NCBI GenBank assembly: GCA_965656375.1
Contig: CBFHKH010000001.1
Span: 708,291 to 772,290, forward strand
Length of the DNA stretch: 64,000 bases
Direction: 5' to 3'
From: Minisyncoccia bacterium
Lineage (GTDB): Bacteria > Patescibacteriota > Minisyncoccia > Phycocordibacterales > UBA9973
Part shown: one piece after another, positions 9,607 through 20,142 of the stretch
Position numbering within the stretch: position 1 is the first letter of the stretch
How the letters are laid out: every line of letters starts with the position of its first letter
Notes under the pieces: model-generated
Told to the model about the DNA's origin: nothing
Seen by the model: only the letters and a program-made list of their open reading frames with translations
Databases searched by the model: none
Program-made: the position numbers and the translations under genes

Positions 9607-10248
9607 ATGGAGCGTTACCTCAGATCAATTTTCCCAAAAGACATACTCATCGTCTTTATTCTCACAGTCGCCCTCATTATAGGGAGGATTACTCTTTTTC
9701 ACTCATACTACTTTGTATATTTACTTTGGAATATATTCTTGGCACTTTTACCATTCATGCTCAGTTTGGTTCTTCTTTCGTATGCAAAAAGAAATAAATT
9801 ATCAACATTAGTATTTATTATCGGTGGCATTATCTGGCTACTCTTATTGCCTAATGCACCGTATATAGTCACCGATCTTATTCATATCGGCAAGGGCAGG
9901 GGTGCGGCGATACTCTTTGATACCCTCCTACTCTTTAGCTCAGCATGGCTTGGACTCCTCTTTTTTATGCATTCGCTTTCCCACATTGAGAAGATCATTG
10001 TTGAAAAATATGGAAAGCGTATTGCACAGATAAAAATACCGTCAATCATAGCACTCGTGAGTATTGGGGTATATATTGGGCGGAATTTACGCTTTAATAG
10101 CTGGGATATTTTTAATCCGTCACTTTTTGAGGATACCTGGCTAGCATTTACGCATCCGGTGCATTTTAACCAAGCCCTCCTCTTTATTGTTCCATGCTTC
10201 TTTTTCCTTTGTATGATCTACTTCTCGTGGAAAACTAGGCAGCAATAG
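9607..10248 (+). CDS. DUF1361-like membrane protein
   Basis: LWNIFLA, LPNAPYIVTDLIH, GVYIGRNLRFNSWD. Confidence 0.85.
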   Translation: MERYLRSIFPKDILIVFILTVALIIGRITLFHSYYFVYLLWNIFLALLPFMLSLVLLSYAKRNKLSTLVFIIGGIIWLLLLPNAPYIVTDLIHIGKGRGAAILFDTLLLFSSAWLGLLFFMHSLSHIEKIIVEKYGKRIAQIKIPSIIALVSIGVYIGRNLRFNSWDIFNPSLFEDTWLAFTHPVHFNQALLFIVPCFFFLCMIYFSWKTRQQ

Positions 10249-11149
10249 CCTTCTTTGATTTAAAGAAGAAGTAGGCGATGATAACGAATGTAACTACAGG
10301 GGATACAAGGGCAGGAATATGCACTCCGAATCCATCAGTAACCATGATCGCACCGAGTGCAAATATTGAATACATAGCACCATTCTTGAGATAAATGTAT
10401 TTTTTGATTCGATCGATATTGCCGATCGTGAGCTTGCGCAGTACAAACGCGCCAAGTCCATTACCGATTAGTATGAGGGGGATAGAAAGAGTAAATGCAA
10501 ATGCACCGAGTACTCCATCGATAGAGAATGTCGCATCGATAATCTCGAGGTAGAGGATCTTGGACATGTCGCTCATATTGCTGCGTCCTTCAACGAGTTC
10601 ACGTTCTACTTTTTCTGCATTCTCTTTGAATCCGTGAGTGATGAAGAACGCTGTGGATCCGATCACTGCTCCGAATGCAAGCATTGGACTAATTTTCATT
10701 GCATACCATACGATGGTCGCAAGTATGATAGAAACAGTCGCAAAGAACCACACCCCATGTCTTTGAAAGAATTTCTCTCCACGTAAACCAAAGTTTTTCT
10801 TCTCGAGGAAAAGCCAGTGGAAAAATAAGAATACAAGAAATACTCCACCGCCCATCAAAAGTATCGGCGCCGCTCCTTCTATCGCTGTGTGAACCGAAGG
10901 GTCATTTGAGAATGTTGCTGTGAGTGCTCCCCATGGACCGATACTTGGCACTGATGCCCAGATTATTGCCCAGGGCAAAAGTCCTCGCACGAGAAAAACC
11001 GCAATGAAGAACCCCCAGAGGAGGAACCATCTTCGAGCTTTTTTGCCCATTGTACCCAAGACTTCTGCATTGATAACAGCATTATCAATACTTGAAACGA
11101 TTTCAAAGAGACAAAGTCCGAGAACAGTAATAATCATTGTGGTAATCAT
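10235..11149 (-). CDS. DUF475 / TerC-like membrane protein
   Basis: EIVSSIDNAVINA, LYLEIIDATFSIDGVLGAFA. Confidence 0.85.
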   Translation of the reverse strand: MITTMIITVLGLCLFEIVSSIDNAVINAEVLGTMGKKARRWFLLWGFFIAVFLVRGLLPWAIIWASVPSIGPWGALTATFSNDPSVHTAIEGAAPILLMGGGVFLVFLFFHWLFLEKKNFGLRGEKFFQRHGVWFFATVSIILATIVWYAMKISPMLAFGAVIGSTAFFITHGFKENAEKVERELVEGRSNMSDMSKILYLEIIDATFSIDGVLGAFAFTLSIPLILIGNGLGAFVLRKLTIGNIDRIKKYIYLKNGAMYSIFALGAIMVTDGFGVHIPALVSPVVTFVIIAYFFFKSKKAIAA

Positions 11150-11196
11150 ATTTTACCAGTATACATATTTTTACGGTGGTATGGTAGAGTAGGAAG

Positions 11197-12423
11197 ATGT
11201 TTAAAAATAAAATCCTCATAACTATATTTCTGACCGTATTTATCGATCTCCTGGGAATTGGTATTTTAATTCCTGTAATTCCTCAACTCTTTGCGAATCC
11301 GCTTTCGCCAGAATACATTTTGGCAGCAGGTGTCTCTATCAATACGGGGTATCTCCTCTTAGGTCTTCTTATTGCTGTGTATCCGCTTGGTCAGTTTCTC
11401 GCGACGCCGATCTTGGGTCAGCTTTCAGATAAATACGGCCGAAAGAAAATCCTCGCCATCTCGCTTCTTGGTACATCGATATCATATGTTGTCTTTGCGA
11501 TTGCAATCATGACAAAAAATCTTCCACTTCTTTTCTTTTCTCGATTTTTTGATGGTATCACCGGTGGCAATATCGCCATTGCACAAGCGATGATAGGGGA
11601 TGTATCAAAGCCAGAGAATCGCGCGAAGAACTTTGGTATGCTTGGAGCGGCGTTTGGCCTTGGATTTATTTTCGGTCCATATATCGGTGGCAAGCTTTCT
11701 GATCCGAGTGTCCTTTCGTGGTTTACTCTCGCTACACCATTTTACTTTGCAGCTCTCCTTGCTTTTATAAATATGCTCTCTGTTCTCTTCCTTGTGCCTG
11801 AGACGAATCTCAATCTTTGGAAAGAAAAACTCACGTGGGGTAAATCACTTTCAAATATCAAGAAAGCGATACAGATGAAAGGAGTCAGTGCGCTCTTCCT
11901 TACCACTTTTCTCTTTTTCTGTGGATTCACATTCTTTACAACATTTTTCGGAGTTTTCTTAATACAAAAATTCTCATTTACTCAGGGTAATATCGGAGAT
12001 TTCTTTGCGTATGTGGGACTCTGGAGTGTTTTTACGCAAGCAGTCCTTACTCGCATCTTTGCCAAGAAATTCACCGAGCCGAAAATTATCCCATATACGT
12101 TGATGGGATCGGGCATCCTTATCCTCATGTATTTCTTGCCGACAAAATCATGGGAACTGCTCCTCATACCGCCATTTTTCTCAGCCTGCACTGGACTTAC
12201 CATGGCAAATACAAACAGCTTGCTTTCCAAAAAGGCGCCAGCTGATCAGCGGGGTGAGATCATGGGTATCAGCTCATCAGTCCAAGCTCTTGCACAAACT
12301 ATTCCTGCTATCCTCTCGGGATTTATCGCCGCATCATTTGCATCGACAACACCTCTTTTGTTTGCCGCTGTGATTGTTACCTGTTCAGGCATTGCCTTTC
12401 GTTTCTTGTATAAAGAGGCCTAA
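11197..12423 (+). CDS. MFS efflux transporter, TetA/DHA1-like
   Basis: GQLSDKYGRK motif A, GFIFGPYIGG motif C, about 12 TM helices. Confidence 0.9.
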   Translation: MFKNKILITIFLTVFIDLLGIGILIPVIPQLFANPLSPEYILAAGVSINTGYLLLGLLIAVYPLGQFLATPILGQLSDKYGRKKILAISLLGTSISYVVFAIAIMTKNLPLLFFSRFFDGITGGNIAIAQAMIGDVSKPENRAKNFGMLGAAFGLGFIFGPYIGGKLSDPSVLSWFTLATPFYFAALLAFINMLSVLFLVPETNLNLWKEKLTWGKSLSNIKKAIQMKGVSALFLTTFLFFCGFTFFTTFFGVFLIQKFSFTQGNIGDFFAYVGLWSVFTQAVLTRIFAKKFTEPKIIPYTLMGSGILILMYFLPTKSWELLLIPPFFSACTGLTMANTNSLLSKKAPADQRGEIMGISSSVQALAQTIPAILSGFIAASFASTTPLLFAAVIVTCSGIAFRFLYKEA

Positions 12424-12444
12424 CATGTATACTTAATCATATAT

Positions 12445-14160
12445 ATGAACAGTGAATCCCGTACGTGTCAGAATTGCTCCACCGAGTTCATTATCGAACC
12501 GGACGATTTCGCGTTCTATGAGAAGATGAAGGTCCCACCTCCCACATTTTGTCCAGATTGCAGGAATGTTCGTAGACTAACCTTCCGTAATGAAAGAGTC
12601 TGGTATCGCAGAACATGTGCTGCAACTAATCAGTCTATTTTATCAATGTTTGCCCCGGATGGGCCATATACTGTTTATGAAGAAAAGTACTGGAAGAGCG
12701 ATGCCTGGGATCCAATGGATTATGGCAAGCAGTATGATCCTAATAGAAGTTTCTTTGAACAACTTGATGAGTTGTTTAAAGTGGTTCCTCATCCGAACCT
12801 TATCCAGAAGAATAACGTTAATTGCGAATATTCGAATTACACTCTCAATGGTAAGAATTGTTACTATTGCGCCAGTTTCGATGAAGTTGAAGATAGCTCA
12901 TATTGTTTTACGAATAATACGCGAATAAAAAACTGCTTGGATCTGCATGTCTCAGCAGAATCTGAATATTCATACGAACTCATTGATTGCAAGAAATGCA
13001 ATCGCGTTGCATTTGCACAAAATTGTGAAGGATGCGTGAATTCGACATTTCTCTATGATTGCCGAAACTGTACAGATTGCTTTGGATGCGTAGGTTTGAG
13101 AAATAGGCAATATTCTATCTTTAATGAACAATATACAAAGGAAACATACAAAGAAGCACTCAAGCAAATCTGGGATGGGGGATATGTTGCATTTTTGCAA
13201 GCTCGCGATGCATTCAATGAGCTCAAGCTACAAATTCCACATAAGTTCTCAAACATTTTTAATTCAAATGATGTTTCCGGAGACAACATCGCTAATGTCC
13301 GCAATTGCCATTTCTGCTATGTGGCAAAGGACAATGTTGAAAATTGCAAATATTGCTATCGTGTTTGGGAAAACACAAAAGATGGGTGGGATACGTACTG
13401 TGCATGGAAAGGATCAGAGCTTTTCTATGAAGCTCACAGTATTATCGGGCAAAGAATCCTCTTTTCTCTCTATGTATGGGGAGGCCACGATATCGAATAC
13501 TCATACAACTGCTTTGACTGCAATAATATTTTTGGCTGTGTTGGTTTACGGAATAAGTCCTATTGTATTTTCAATATTCAGTACTCCAAAGAAGAATATC
13601 AAGCGTTGATCTCAAAAATAAAAAGCGATATGCTTGAGCGCAAAGAATATGGCGAATTCTTACCAAGCAGTATGTCCCCGTTTGCCTACAATGAAACAAT
13701 TGCCCAAGATTACTTCCCGTTATCTGAAACTGAAATCAAGCAAAAAGGCTACAAGTTCAGGCCAGCAGCGGAGAAGCACTATTCAGTTTCGCTTGCAACT
13801 GAAAATATTCCAGACAAAATTTCTGAAGTCGACGATTCTATACTTAATGAAGTCATTGCGTGCGAGCACGGAGGACACTGCTCCGATCTTTGTGCTACAG
13901 CATTCAAGATGACAAAAGATGAGCTTCAATTTTACAGAACTCTCAATTTACCTCTTCCACGCCTCTGTCCGAGTTGTCGCCATTTCAATCGTGTAAAATT
14001 AAAAAATCCCATGCAGCTTTGGGAACGAACATGTATGTGCGATAAAGCAAATCATTTTCATGGTGAAAATGCATGTTCAGAGAATTTCAAGACTCCGTAC
14101 GATCCAGCTCGACCGGAAATAATTTACTGCGAACAATGCTATCAAGCAGAAATCTTGTAA
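12445..14160 (+). CDS. Cys-rich hypothetical protein, paralogue 1
   Basis: CQNC...KVPPPTFCPDCR at N-terminus; CFGCVGLRN; PRLCPSCRH...YCEQCYQAE at C-terminus. Confidence 0.85.
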   Translation: MNSESRTCQNCSTEFIIEPDDFAFYEKMKVPPPTFCPDCRNVRRLTFRNERVWYRRTCAATNQSILSMFAPDGPYTVYEEKYWKSDAWDPMDYGKQYDPNRSFFEQLDELFKVVPHPNLIQKNNVNCEYSNYTLNGKNCYYCASFDEVEDSSYCFTNNTRIKNCLDLHVSAESEYSYELIDCKKCNRVAFAQNCEGCVNSTFLYDCRNCTDCFGCVGLRNRQYSIFNEQYTKETYKEALKQIWDGGYVAFLQARDAFNELKLQIPHKFSNIFNSNDVSGDNIANVRNCHFCYVAKDNVENCKYCYRVWENTKDGWDTYCAWKGSELFYEAHSIIGQRILFSLYVWGGHDIEYSYNCFDCNNIFGCVGLRNKSYCIFNIQYSKEEYQALISKIKSDMLERKEYGEFLPSSMSPFAYNETIAQDYFPLSETEIKQKGYKFRPAAEKHYSVSLATENIPDKISEVDDSILNEVIACEHGGHCSDLCATAFKMTKDELQFYRTLNLPLPRLCPSCRHFNRVKLKNPMQLWERTCMCDKANHFHGENACSENFKTPYDPARPEIIYCEQCYQAEIL

Positions 14161-14161
14161 C

Positions 14162-14413
14162 ATGGAAAACTTAGAAACAAGAATTAAAGTAATCGAGGAG
14201 CGCAATAGAAGAGTCGAACTCGATAAAAAGTGGGAAACTAGTTTTACCCGACTCTTTTCGATAAGCCTCATTACTTACATTGTTGCTGTGATTGTTTTTT
14301 ATATGATGAATACGCAAAAACCATTTCTCAATGCACTTGTGCCAGTTCTTGGTTTTATCCTTTCTACCCAATCGCTTCCTGTTATTAAAAAACTATGGAT
14401 ACGAAATAAGTAA
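14162..14413 (+). CDS. Small 2-TM membrane protein
   Basis: 83-aa ORF tightly packed between two paralogues; RNRRVELDKKWETS then two hydrophobic helices. Confidence 0.75.
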   Translation: MENLETRIKVIEERNRRVELDKKWETSFTRLFSISLITYIVAVIVFYMMNTQKPFLNALVPVLGFILSTQSLPVIKKLWIRNK

Positions 14414-14418
14414 TTTGT

Positions 14419-16122
14419 ATGGAAACTCGTAACTGTATAAACTGTAAACAAAACTTTACCATTGAACCAGATGATTTTTCATTCTACGAAAAAATGAAGG
14501 TGCCCGCACCGACTTTTTGCCCGGAATGTCGAATGATCCGAAGAATGTGCTGGCGTAATCACAGATCATTTTATCGACGTGCATGTGCGATTTGTTCAAA
14601 ATCTCTCTTGTCAGTATATAAGGAAGATAATGCTCCTGTAATGTGTGTAGAATGTTGGAATTCTGATGATTGGGATAATTTTAAGCTTGGGAAAGACATA
14701 GATTGGAATCGCCCACTATTCTCACAAATAAATGAACTATTTGAATTTCAGCCAAGAGTTTTCCAATATCGAGCTGGGGGTATTGTCATAAATTCTGATT
14801 ATGCAAATTCTGTCGTAAATTCAAAGAATATCTATCTTTCTTTTTCAGTTTTAGAATCGGAAGATATCTTATTTTCTGAAAATGTAGATGGGGGTAAAAA
14901 TTCTATGGATTGTCTGTATGATTCAAAAATAGATACATGCTATTGGAATATAGATTCTTCAGAGAATTATAATTGTAAGTTTATGCTTGAAACAAGTAAA
15001 AATATAGATTCTTCTTTTCTCTATGATTGTGCTAATTGCCAGAATTGTTGTCTGAGTTCTAATTTAAGAAATAAATCCTTCGTGTTTAGGAACAAACAAT
15101 TACGTAAAGAAGAATATAATAAAGAGTTAGAAAAATTGTCACTCAGTACTTTCTCAGGTATAGAAAATGCAAAAAAAGAATTTAAAGAAGTTAGGAAAGA
15201 AGCTATCAGTAAGTATTCATCAATAATCAACTGTGTGAATGCTTCGGGTGAGCATATTTATAATTCCAAAGATGTGAAATCTTCTTTCCATGTTTTTGGT
15301 TCAGAGAATGTATCTGATAGTTTTAGAATAGTTTCTTCGAAAGACATGAAGGACTGTTGTTGGGTTCTGACAGGAGAATTGGAATACGAAACAATATCTG
15401 GAACAAATAACTCTAGTGCGCAAATAGGGTGCGCTGTTTGTTTTAATTCATCGCAAATGGAGTATTCTATTTTTTGTAGAGCATGTTCAAACTGTTTTGG
15501 ATGTGTTGGTTTGAAAAATGCGCAATACTGTATATTGAATAAACAGTATACGAAAGAAGAGTATGCAGATTTAGTTCCGAGACTGAGACAACATATGATT
15601 GATATACCATTCATTGATTCAAAGAATCGTGTATATAGATATGGAGAATTTTATCCATATGAAATGTCTCCATTTGGATATAATGAAACGCTAGCTCATG
15701 ATTATTTTCCAAAAACAAAAGAAATAATAGAACAGGAAGGATTCAATTGGAAATCAGCAGAATTAAAGGGGTATCAAATTACCATACAGAGTAAAGATTT
15801 GCCGGAGGATATTAAAGAAGTTAGTGAAAGTATACTAAACGAAGTTATAGGATGCCCGAACAATGGTAACTACATGCTTCAATGCACTACTGCTTTTAAA
15901 ATTTCACAAGAAGAATTTGTTTTTTATAAAAAAAATGAACTTCCATTACCACGGTACTGTCCAAATTGCCGCCATTATGAACGCTTAAGGGAGAGAAACC
16001 CTATGAAACTCTATATAAGAGAGTGTTCGAACGGCTGCGGGCGTAATTTTTCGACGACATACGCTCCAGATCGACCTGAGAAGGTCTATTGTGAGCAGTG
16101 TTACCAGGCAGAAGTACTCTAA
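14419..16122 (+). CDS. Cys-rich hypothetical protein, paralogue 2
   Basis: Same terminal motifs as paralogue 1; AT-rich centre. Confidence 0.85.
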   Translation: METRNCINCKQNFTIEPDDFSFYEKMKVPAPTFCPECRMIRRMCWRNHRSFYRRACAICSKSLLSVYKEDNAPVMCVECWNSDDWDNFKLGKDIDWNRPLFSQINELFEFQPRVFQYRAGGIVINSDYANSVVNSKNIYLSFSVLESEDILFSENVDGGKNSMDCLYDSKIDTCYWNIDSSENYNCKFMLETSKNIDSSFLYDCANCQNCCLSSNLRNKSFVFRNKQLRKEEYNKELEKLSLSTFSGIENAKKEFKEVRKEAISKYSSIINCVNASGEHIYNSKDVKSSFHVFGSENVSDSFRIVSSKDMKDCCWVLTGELEYETISGTNNSSAQIGCAVCFNSSQMEYSIFCRACSNCFGCVGLKNAQYCILNKQYTKEEYADLVPRLRQHMIDIPFIDSKNRVYRYGEFYPYEMSPFGYNETLAHDYFPKTKEIIEQEGFNWKSAELKGYQITIQSKDLPEDIKEVSESILNEVIGCPNNGNYMLQCTTAFKISQEEFVFYKKNELPLPRYCPNCRHYERLRERNPMKLYIRECSNGCGRNFSTTYAPDRPEKVYCEQCYQAEVL

Positions 16123-16142
16123 AGTGGGGATAAGTAGACCCG

Positions 16143-16179
16143 AAACACCTAAAAAAATTTGAATTTTTTTAGGTGTTTT
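16143..16179. terminator. Hairpin after paralogue 2
   Basis: AAACACCTAAAAAAA...TTTTTTTAGGTGTTT inverted repeat. Confidence 0.55.
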
Positions 16180-16258
16180 AATTTAGAGAAATTTTGTCAA
16201 TTTTTCTCCCAAAAAACGCTACGGCTGAACGATTTTTCTCAAAAGTTTTTTATAAGGG

Positions 16259-16289
16259 TTGACGAAGTTCTGTGGCCAATACATAGTTG
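16259..16289 (+). promoter_or_regulatory. nrdAB promoter with overlapping NrdR-box-like site
   Basis: TTGACG-17 nt-CATAGT; ggcCAATACATAGttg (16274-16289) resembles acaCwAtATaTwGtgt. Confidence 0.55.
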
Positions 16290-16404
16290 TGTCTCCGCAT
16301 AGTTTTCTCTTGTAGATTAACTTACACTGAGAGTATAATATATGCCCGAGAGATACGGCTAACTAAAAATCTATTATTAATGTGCAGTAATTTTTAAAAA
16401 ACGC

Positions 16405-19002
16405 ATGACAATAACCATCACCAAGAGAGACGGTACAAAAGCATCTTTTAATGCAGATCGAATCAACAAATCCATAGAGCGCGCATGCTATGGTATGACC
16501 GATCCTATCAGTAAAGTCATTCAGATCGCGACAGAAACACGACTAACTCTCTACGATGGTATCACTACCGAGGAACTTGATCTTGCGACGATCAACGCTG
16601 CGCTCCAAAATACGCAGTATGATCTTGAATTCGACAAGATTGCGACTCGGCTTCTCCTCAAAGTTATCTACAAGAAGGTGATGGGAGACTATGATCCTGA
16701 TAACGAAGCTGCGCTTATCACAAAAGACGAATTTGCAAAGCTCCATGGAGAGCATTTCAAGGAATATATCCTTGATGCTGTTGAACGCAATCTTCTTGAT
16801 GCACGTATGGCGACATTGTTTGATCTCGATCAACTTGCGGAGAGTCTCAATGTTCTCAATGATGAACTCTACAAATATTCTGGACTCTCGACGATGCTCA
16901 ATCGCTATCTCATGAAAGATGAGAAGCAGTCTCCTCTTGAAACCCCGCAATATTTTTGGATGAGAGTAGCGATGGGTATGTCGCTCTCTGAGAAAAATCC
17001 AACAGAGTGGGCGAAAAAATTCTATGCAAAGATGTCTGCACTTGAATATCTTTCTGCTGGCTCTTCAAACATTGGTGCAGGAACTCCAAAACCAAAACTC
17101 TCAAACTGTTTCTTGATGGAAATTCATGATGACATGGAACACATCGGTAAAACTGTTTCTGACGTGCTCCTTCTTTCAAAAGCAACCGGTGGTATTGGTC
17201 TATCTGTCACAAAACTCCGCGCTGAAGGTTCACTCCTTAAATCAAACAACACTGTTTCATCTGGACCAGTTCCATTCATGCATATCATCGACTCTGCTGT
17301 TCGCGCAGTGCAGCGCGGAGGCAAGAAAAAAGGCGCACTCTGCTTCTACATGGAGAACTGGCATTTGAATTTCCAAGACTTTCTCGATTTGAAACAGAAC
17401 AATGGTGATGACTATCGTCGTGCCCGTACGGCAAATACTGCTGTCTATATATCAGACGAATTTATGAAGCGTGTGATCGCAGGGGATGATTGGTATCTCT
17501 TTGATCCAAAGGAAGTTATAGATCTCAATGAGCTCTATGGCAAGGAATTCTCCAAGCGATATAACGAATACGTCGAGCAGGCAAAAGCAGGTCGCATAAA
17601 GCTCTATACGGTGCTTCCTGCCCGCCAGCAATACAAGAATATCCTTATTTCTCTCCAGACGACTTCACACCCGTGGCTTACCTGGAAAGATACGATCAAT
17701 GTTCGTGCGCTTAACAACAACACTGGTACGATCCACTGTTCGAATCTCTGTACGGAGGTCACGCTTCCAACTGACCGCGACAATGTAGCAGTTTGTAACC
17801 TTGTATCTATCAATATCGCTCGCCACATCGTAGCGGGACAGATTGATTGGCACAAGCTTGAGGATAGTACACGTCTTGCGATTCGCCAACTCGACAATCT
17901 TGTCGACATCAATGAACTTCCAATTCCAGAAGCTCGTCGCGCAGACTCAGAGAATAGAGCAGTTGGACTTGGACTCATGGGATTCTCTGATGCGATCGAA
18001 CAGCTCGGATATTCATACGAAGATAAAGAGGCGCATGATTTTTCTGACCAAGTATTTGAATTCATCTCCTACATGGCGATCGATGAAAGTGCAAATCTTG
18101 CGGAGGAGCGCGGTGCATATAAAAATTTCAAGGGATCAGAATGGTCAAAGGGCCATGTGCCGATCGATACGATGGACAAGCTTGCGCTTGAACGTGGACG
18201 CGAACTTCTTACAAAGAAAGATTCTGCAAAACTTCTCCCTGTTCTTGATTGGGACAAGATCCGCGCAAAAGTGAAGAAGGGAATCCGTAATGCGACTCTT
18301 CTTGCGATTGCACCAAATGCGAACATCGGCCTCGTTGCAGGGACTGCACCAGGTATCGATCCGCGATTTGCACAGATGTTCTCTCGCAACAAAATCTCTG
18401 GTAAATATCTTGAAATCAACCCTAACCTTGTGAAAGCGCTTCAAAAAGAAAAACTCTGGGAGACAGTTCGCGAACAGATACTCGAACATCATGGAGATAT
18501 TGAAGAGATTGCTGAAATCCCAGATACAATCAAGCGCATCTACAAGACTTCATTCTCAGTTTCTCCATATGCATATATTGAAGTCGCAGCTCGTGCGCAG
18601 AAGTGGGTAGATATGGGAATCTCACGCAATATGTATCTCGACATCCGAGATATCGATGAGATCATGAATATCTATACGAGTGCATGGGATCGAGGACTCA
18701 AGACTACATACTATCTCCATATGAAACCTCGCCACACTGCTGAGCAATCTACCATCAAGGTCAATAAATCAGAAGCGATGGGACGCCGTGGATTCGCAGC
18801 TCTCCGACAGGCAAAAGTCACACCTGTACTGGCAGAAGAAAAAGTCCTTGAAGAGAATGGTGTCATGCCACTCTCTGCGCTTCCAAAAGGAGAAAATATA
18901 GCAGATGTTGCTCGAATCCCGAGTAAAGAAGCCGAAGAAGCATCGCATATCTGCCTCCCTGAAGATCCTAATGATAAGTTTTTGTGTGAAAGTTGTCAGT
19001 AA
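16405..19002 (+). CDS. nrdA: Class I ribonucleotide reductase alpha subunit with ATP cone
   Basis: ITKRDG ATP cone, LSNCF, CSNLCTEV, AVCNL, LKTTYY, C-terminal CESC. Confidence 0.95.
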   Translation: MTITITKRDGTKASFNADRINKSIERACYGMTDPISKVIQIATETRLTLYDGITTEELDLATINAALQNTQYDLEFDKIATRLLLKVIYKKVMGDYDPDNEAALITKDEFAKLHGEHFKEYILDAVERNLLDARMATLFDLDQLAESLNVLNDELYKYSGLSTMLNRYLMKDEKQSPLETPQYFWMRVAMGMSLSEKNPTEWAKKFYAKMSALEYLSAGSSNIGAGTPKPKLSNCFLMEIHDDMEHIGKTVSDVLLLSKATGGIGLSVTKLRAEGSLLKSNNTVSSGPVPFMHIIDSAVRAVQRGGKKKGALCFYMENWHLNFQDFLDLKQNNGDDYRRARTANTAVYISDEFMKRVIAGDDWYLFDPKEVIDLNELYGKEFSKRYNEYVEQAKAGRIKLYTVLPARQQYKNILISLQTTSHPWLTWKDTINVRALNNNTGTIHCSNLCTEVTLPTDRDNVAVCNLVSINIARHIVAGQIDWHKLEDSTRLAIRQLDNLVDINELPIPEARRADSENRAVGLGLMGFSDAIEQLGYSYEDKEAHDFSDQVFEFISYMAIDESANLAEERGAYKNFKGSEWSKGHVPIDTMDKLALERGRELLTKKDSAKLLPVLDWDKIRAKVKKGIRNATLLAIAPNANIGLVAGTAPGIDPRFAQMFSRNKISGKYLEINPNLVKALQKEKLWETVREQILEHHGDIEEIAEIPDTIKRIYKTSFSVSPYAYIEVAARAQKWVDMGISRNMYLDIRDIDEIMNIYTSAWDRGLKTTYYLHMKPRHTAEQSTIKVNKSEAMGRRGFAALRQAKVTPVLAEEKVLEENGVMPLSALPKGENIADVARIPSKEAEEASHICLPEDPNDKFLCESCQ

Positions 19003-19003
19003 A

Positions 19004-19108
19004 TAGCCATTAGCAGTTAGCATTTAGCTACTAGCCAATGCACATTATAATCTAACTAGTCTTTCAGTAATTACTCGCTAAATGCTAGGAGCTAATCGCT
19101 AAAAGCTA
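19004..19108. repeat. Inverted heptamer arrays (5x TAGCnnn / 5x GCTAnnn)
   Basis: 19004-19038 and 19077-19108; ends CTAAAAGCTA 7 nt before nrdB ATG. Confidence 0.8.
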
Positions 19109-19115
19109 ACTATAT

Positions 19116-20129
19116 ATGATTTTAGGAAAAGCATCACCTGAAGATATGAATCTTCACCCCATGCATTATAAGTGGGCATATGAACTCTATAACCAAGCAG
19201 TGCGTAATACCTGGTTCCCGCATGAAATAGCTCTTGGTGAAGACCTCGTTGACTGGAAAGCAATGACCGAAGACGAGCGCCATGCTGTCGAATTTTTGAT
19301 GGCATTCTTTAATCCAGCAGAGCTTATTGTTAATCGTAGTCTAGCTCTTGGGGTGTACCCGTATATCAAAAGTCCAGAATGTCACTTGTATTTGGCAAAG
19401 CAGATGTTTGAAGAAGCGAACCACTGCGTATCATTTGAATACGTACTTGAGACATTCCCACTCGATCGAGATCGTGTTTACAATGTCCACCTTGAGCTTG
19501 ATTCAATGGTAAAGAAAGAGGATTTCATCAAGAAATATCTGATTCGCATGACCGAAGATACACTTGATATCGAAACCGAAGAAGGAAAGAAAGATTTCGT
19601 CCGTAATCTTGTTGCAACAAATATCGTCATGGAAGGAATCTGGTTCTACTCAGGCTTCATGGTTGCACTTTCATTCCGTCAACGCAATCAACTCCGCAAC
19701 CTCGGTTCAATGATCAACTGGGTTATCCGTGATGAGTCTCTTCACTTAAAATTCGGTATTAATTTGATCCACACTATTCTCGAAGAAAATGCAGAAATTC
19801 TTACGGAAGAATTCGCAAACGAGATCCGCGATATTGTCATTGAAGGAGTGAACCTTGAAGTTGCATACAACAAAGATTTATTCCCGAAGGGTATTCTCGG
19901 GCTCAATGCTGACTATGTGAACCAGTATGTACAGTATGTAGCTGACCGCCGTCTTGAAGAGCTTGGCCTTGCTCCGCACTTTAATGTCACAAATCCTGCG
20001 AAATGGATGGCTACCTCTACTGACGTCTATGAGCTCGTAAACTTCTTCGAAGCGCAGAATACAGCATACGAAGTTGATGCTCATGGTCACAACAATGAGA
20101 AGAAGCATGACAAAAAAGAGGAAGAGTAG
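19116..20129 (+). CDS. nrdB: Ribonucleotide reductase beta subunit, class Ic (Mn/Fe)-type signature
   Basis: FFNPAE, EEANHCVSF, EGIWFYSGF, RDESLH, NFFE. Confidence 0.9.
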   Translation: MILGKASPEDMNLHPMHYKWAYELYNQAVRNTWFPHEIALGEDLVDWKAMTEDERHAVEFLMAFFNPAELIVNRSLALGVYPYIKSPECHLYLAKQMFEEANHCVSFEYVLETFPLDRDRVYNVHLELDSMVKKEDFIKKYLIRMTEDTLDIETEEGKKDFVRNLVATNIVMEGIWFYSGFMVALSFRQRNQLRNLGSMINWVIRDESLHLKFGINLIHTILEENAEILTEEFANEIRDIVIEGVNLEVAYNKDLFPKGILGLNADYVNQYVQYVADRRLEELGLAPHFNVTNPAKWMATSTDVYELVNFFEAQNTAYEVDAHGHNNEKKHDKKEEE

Positions 20130-20142
20130 TACCATAGAGTAT

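Noticed and set aside
11197-12423. Calling the MFS gene tetA
   Set aside because: The motifs are generic to DHA1 exporters; no tetR or mobile context, so the substrate cannot be assigned.
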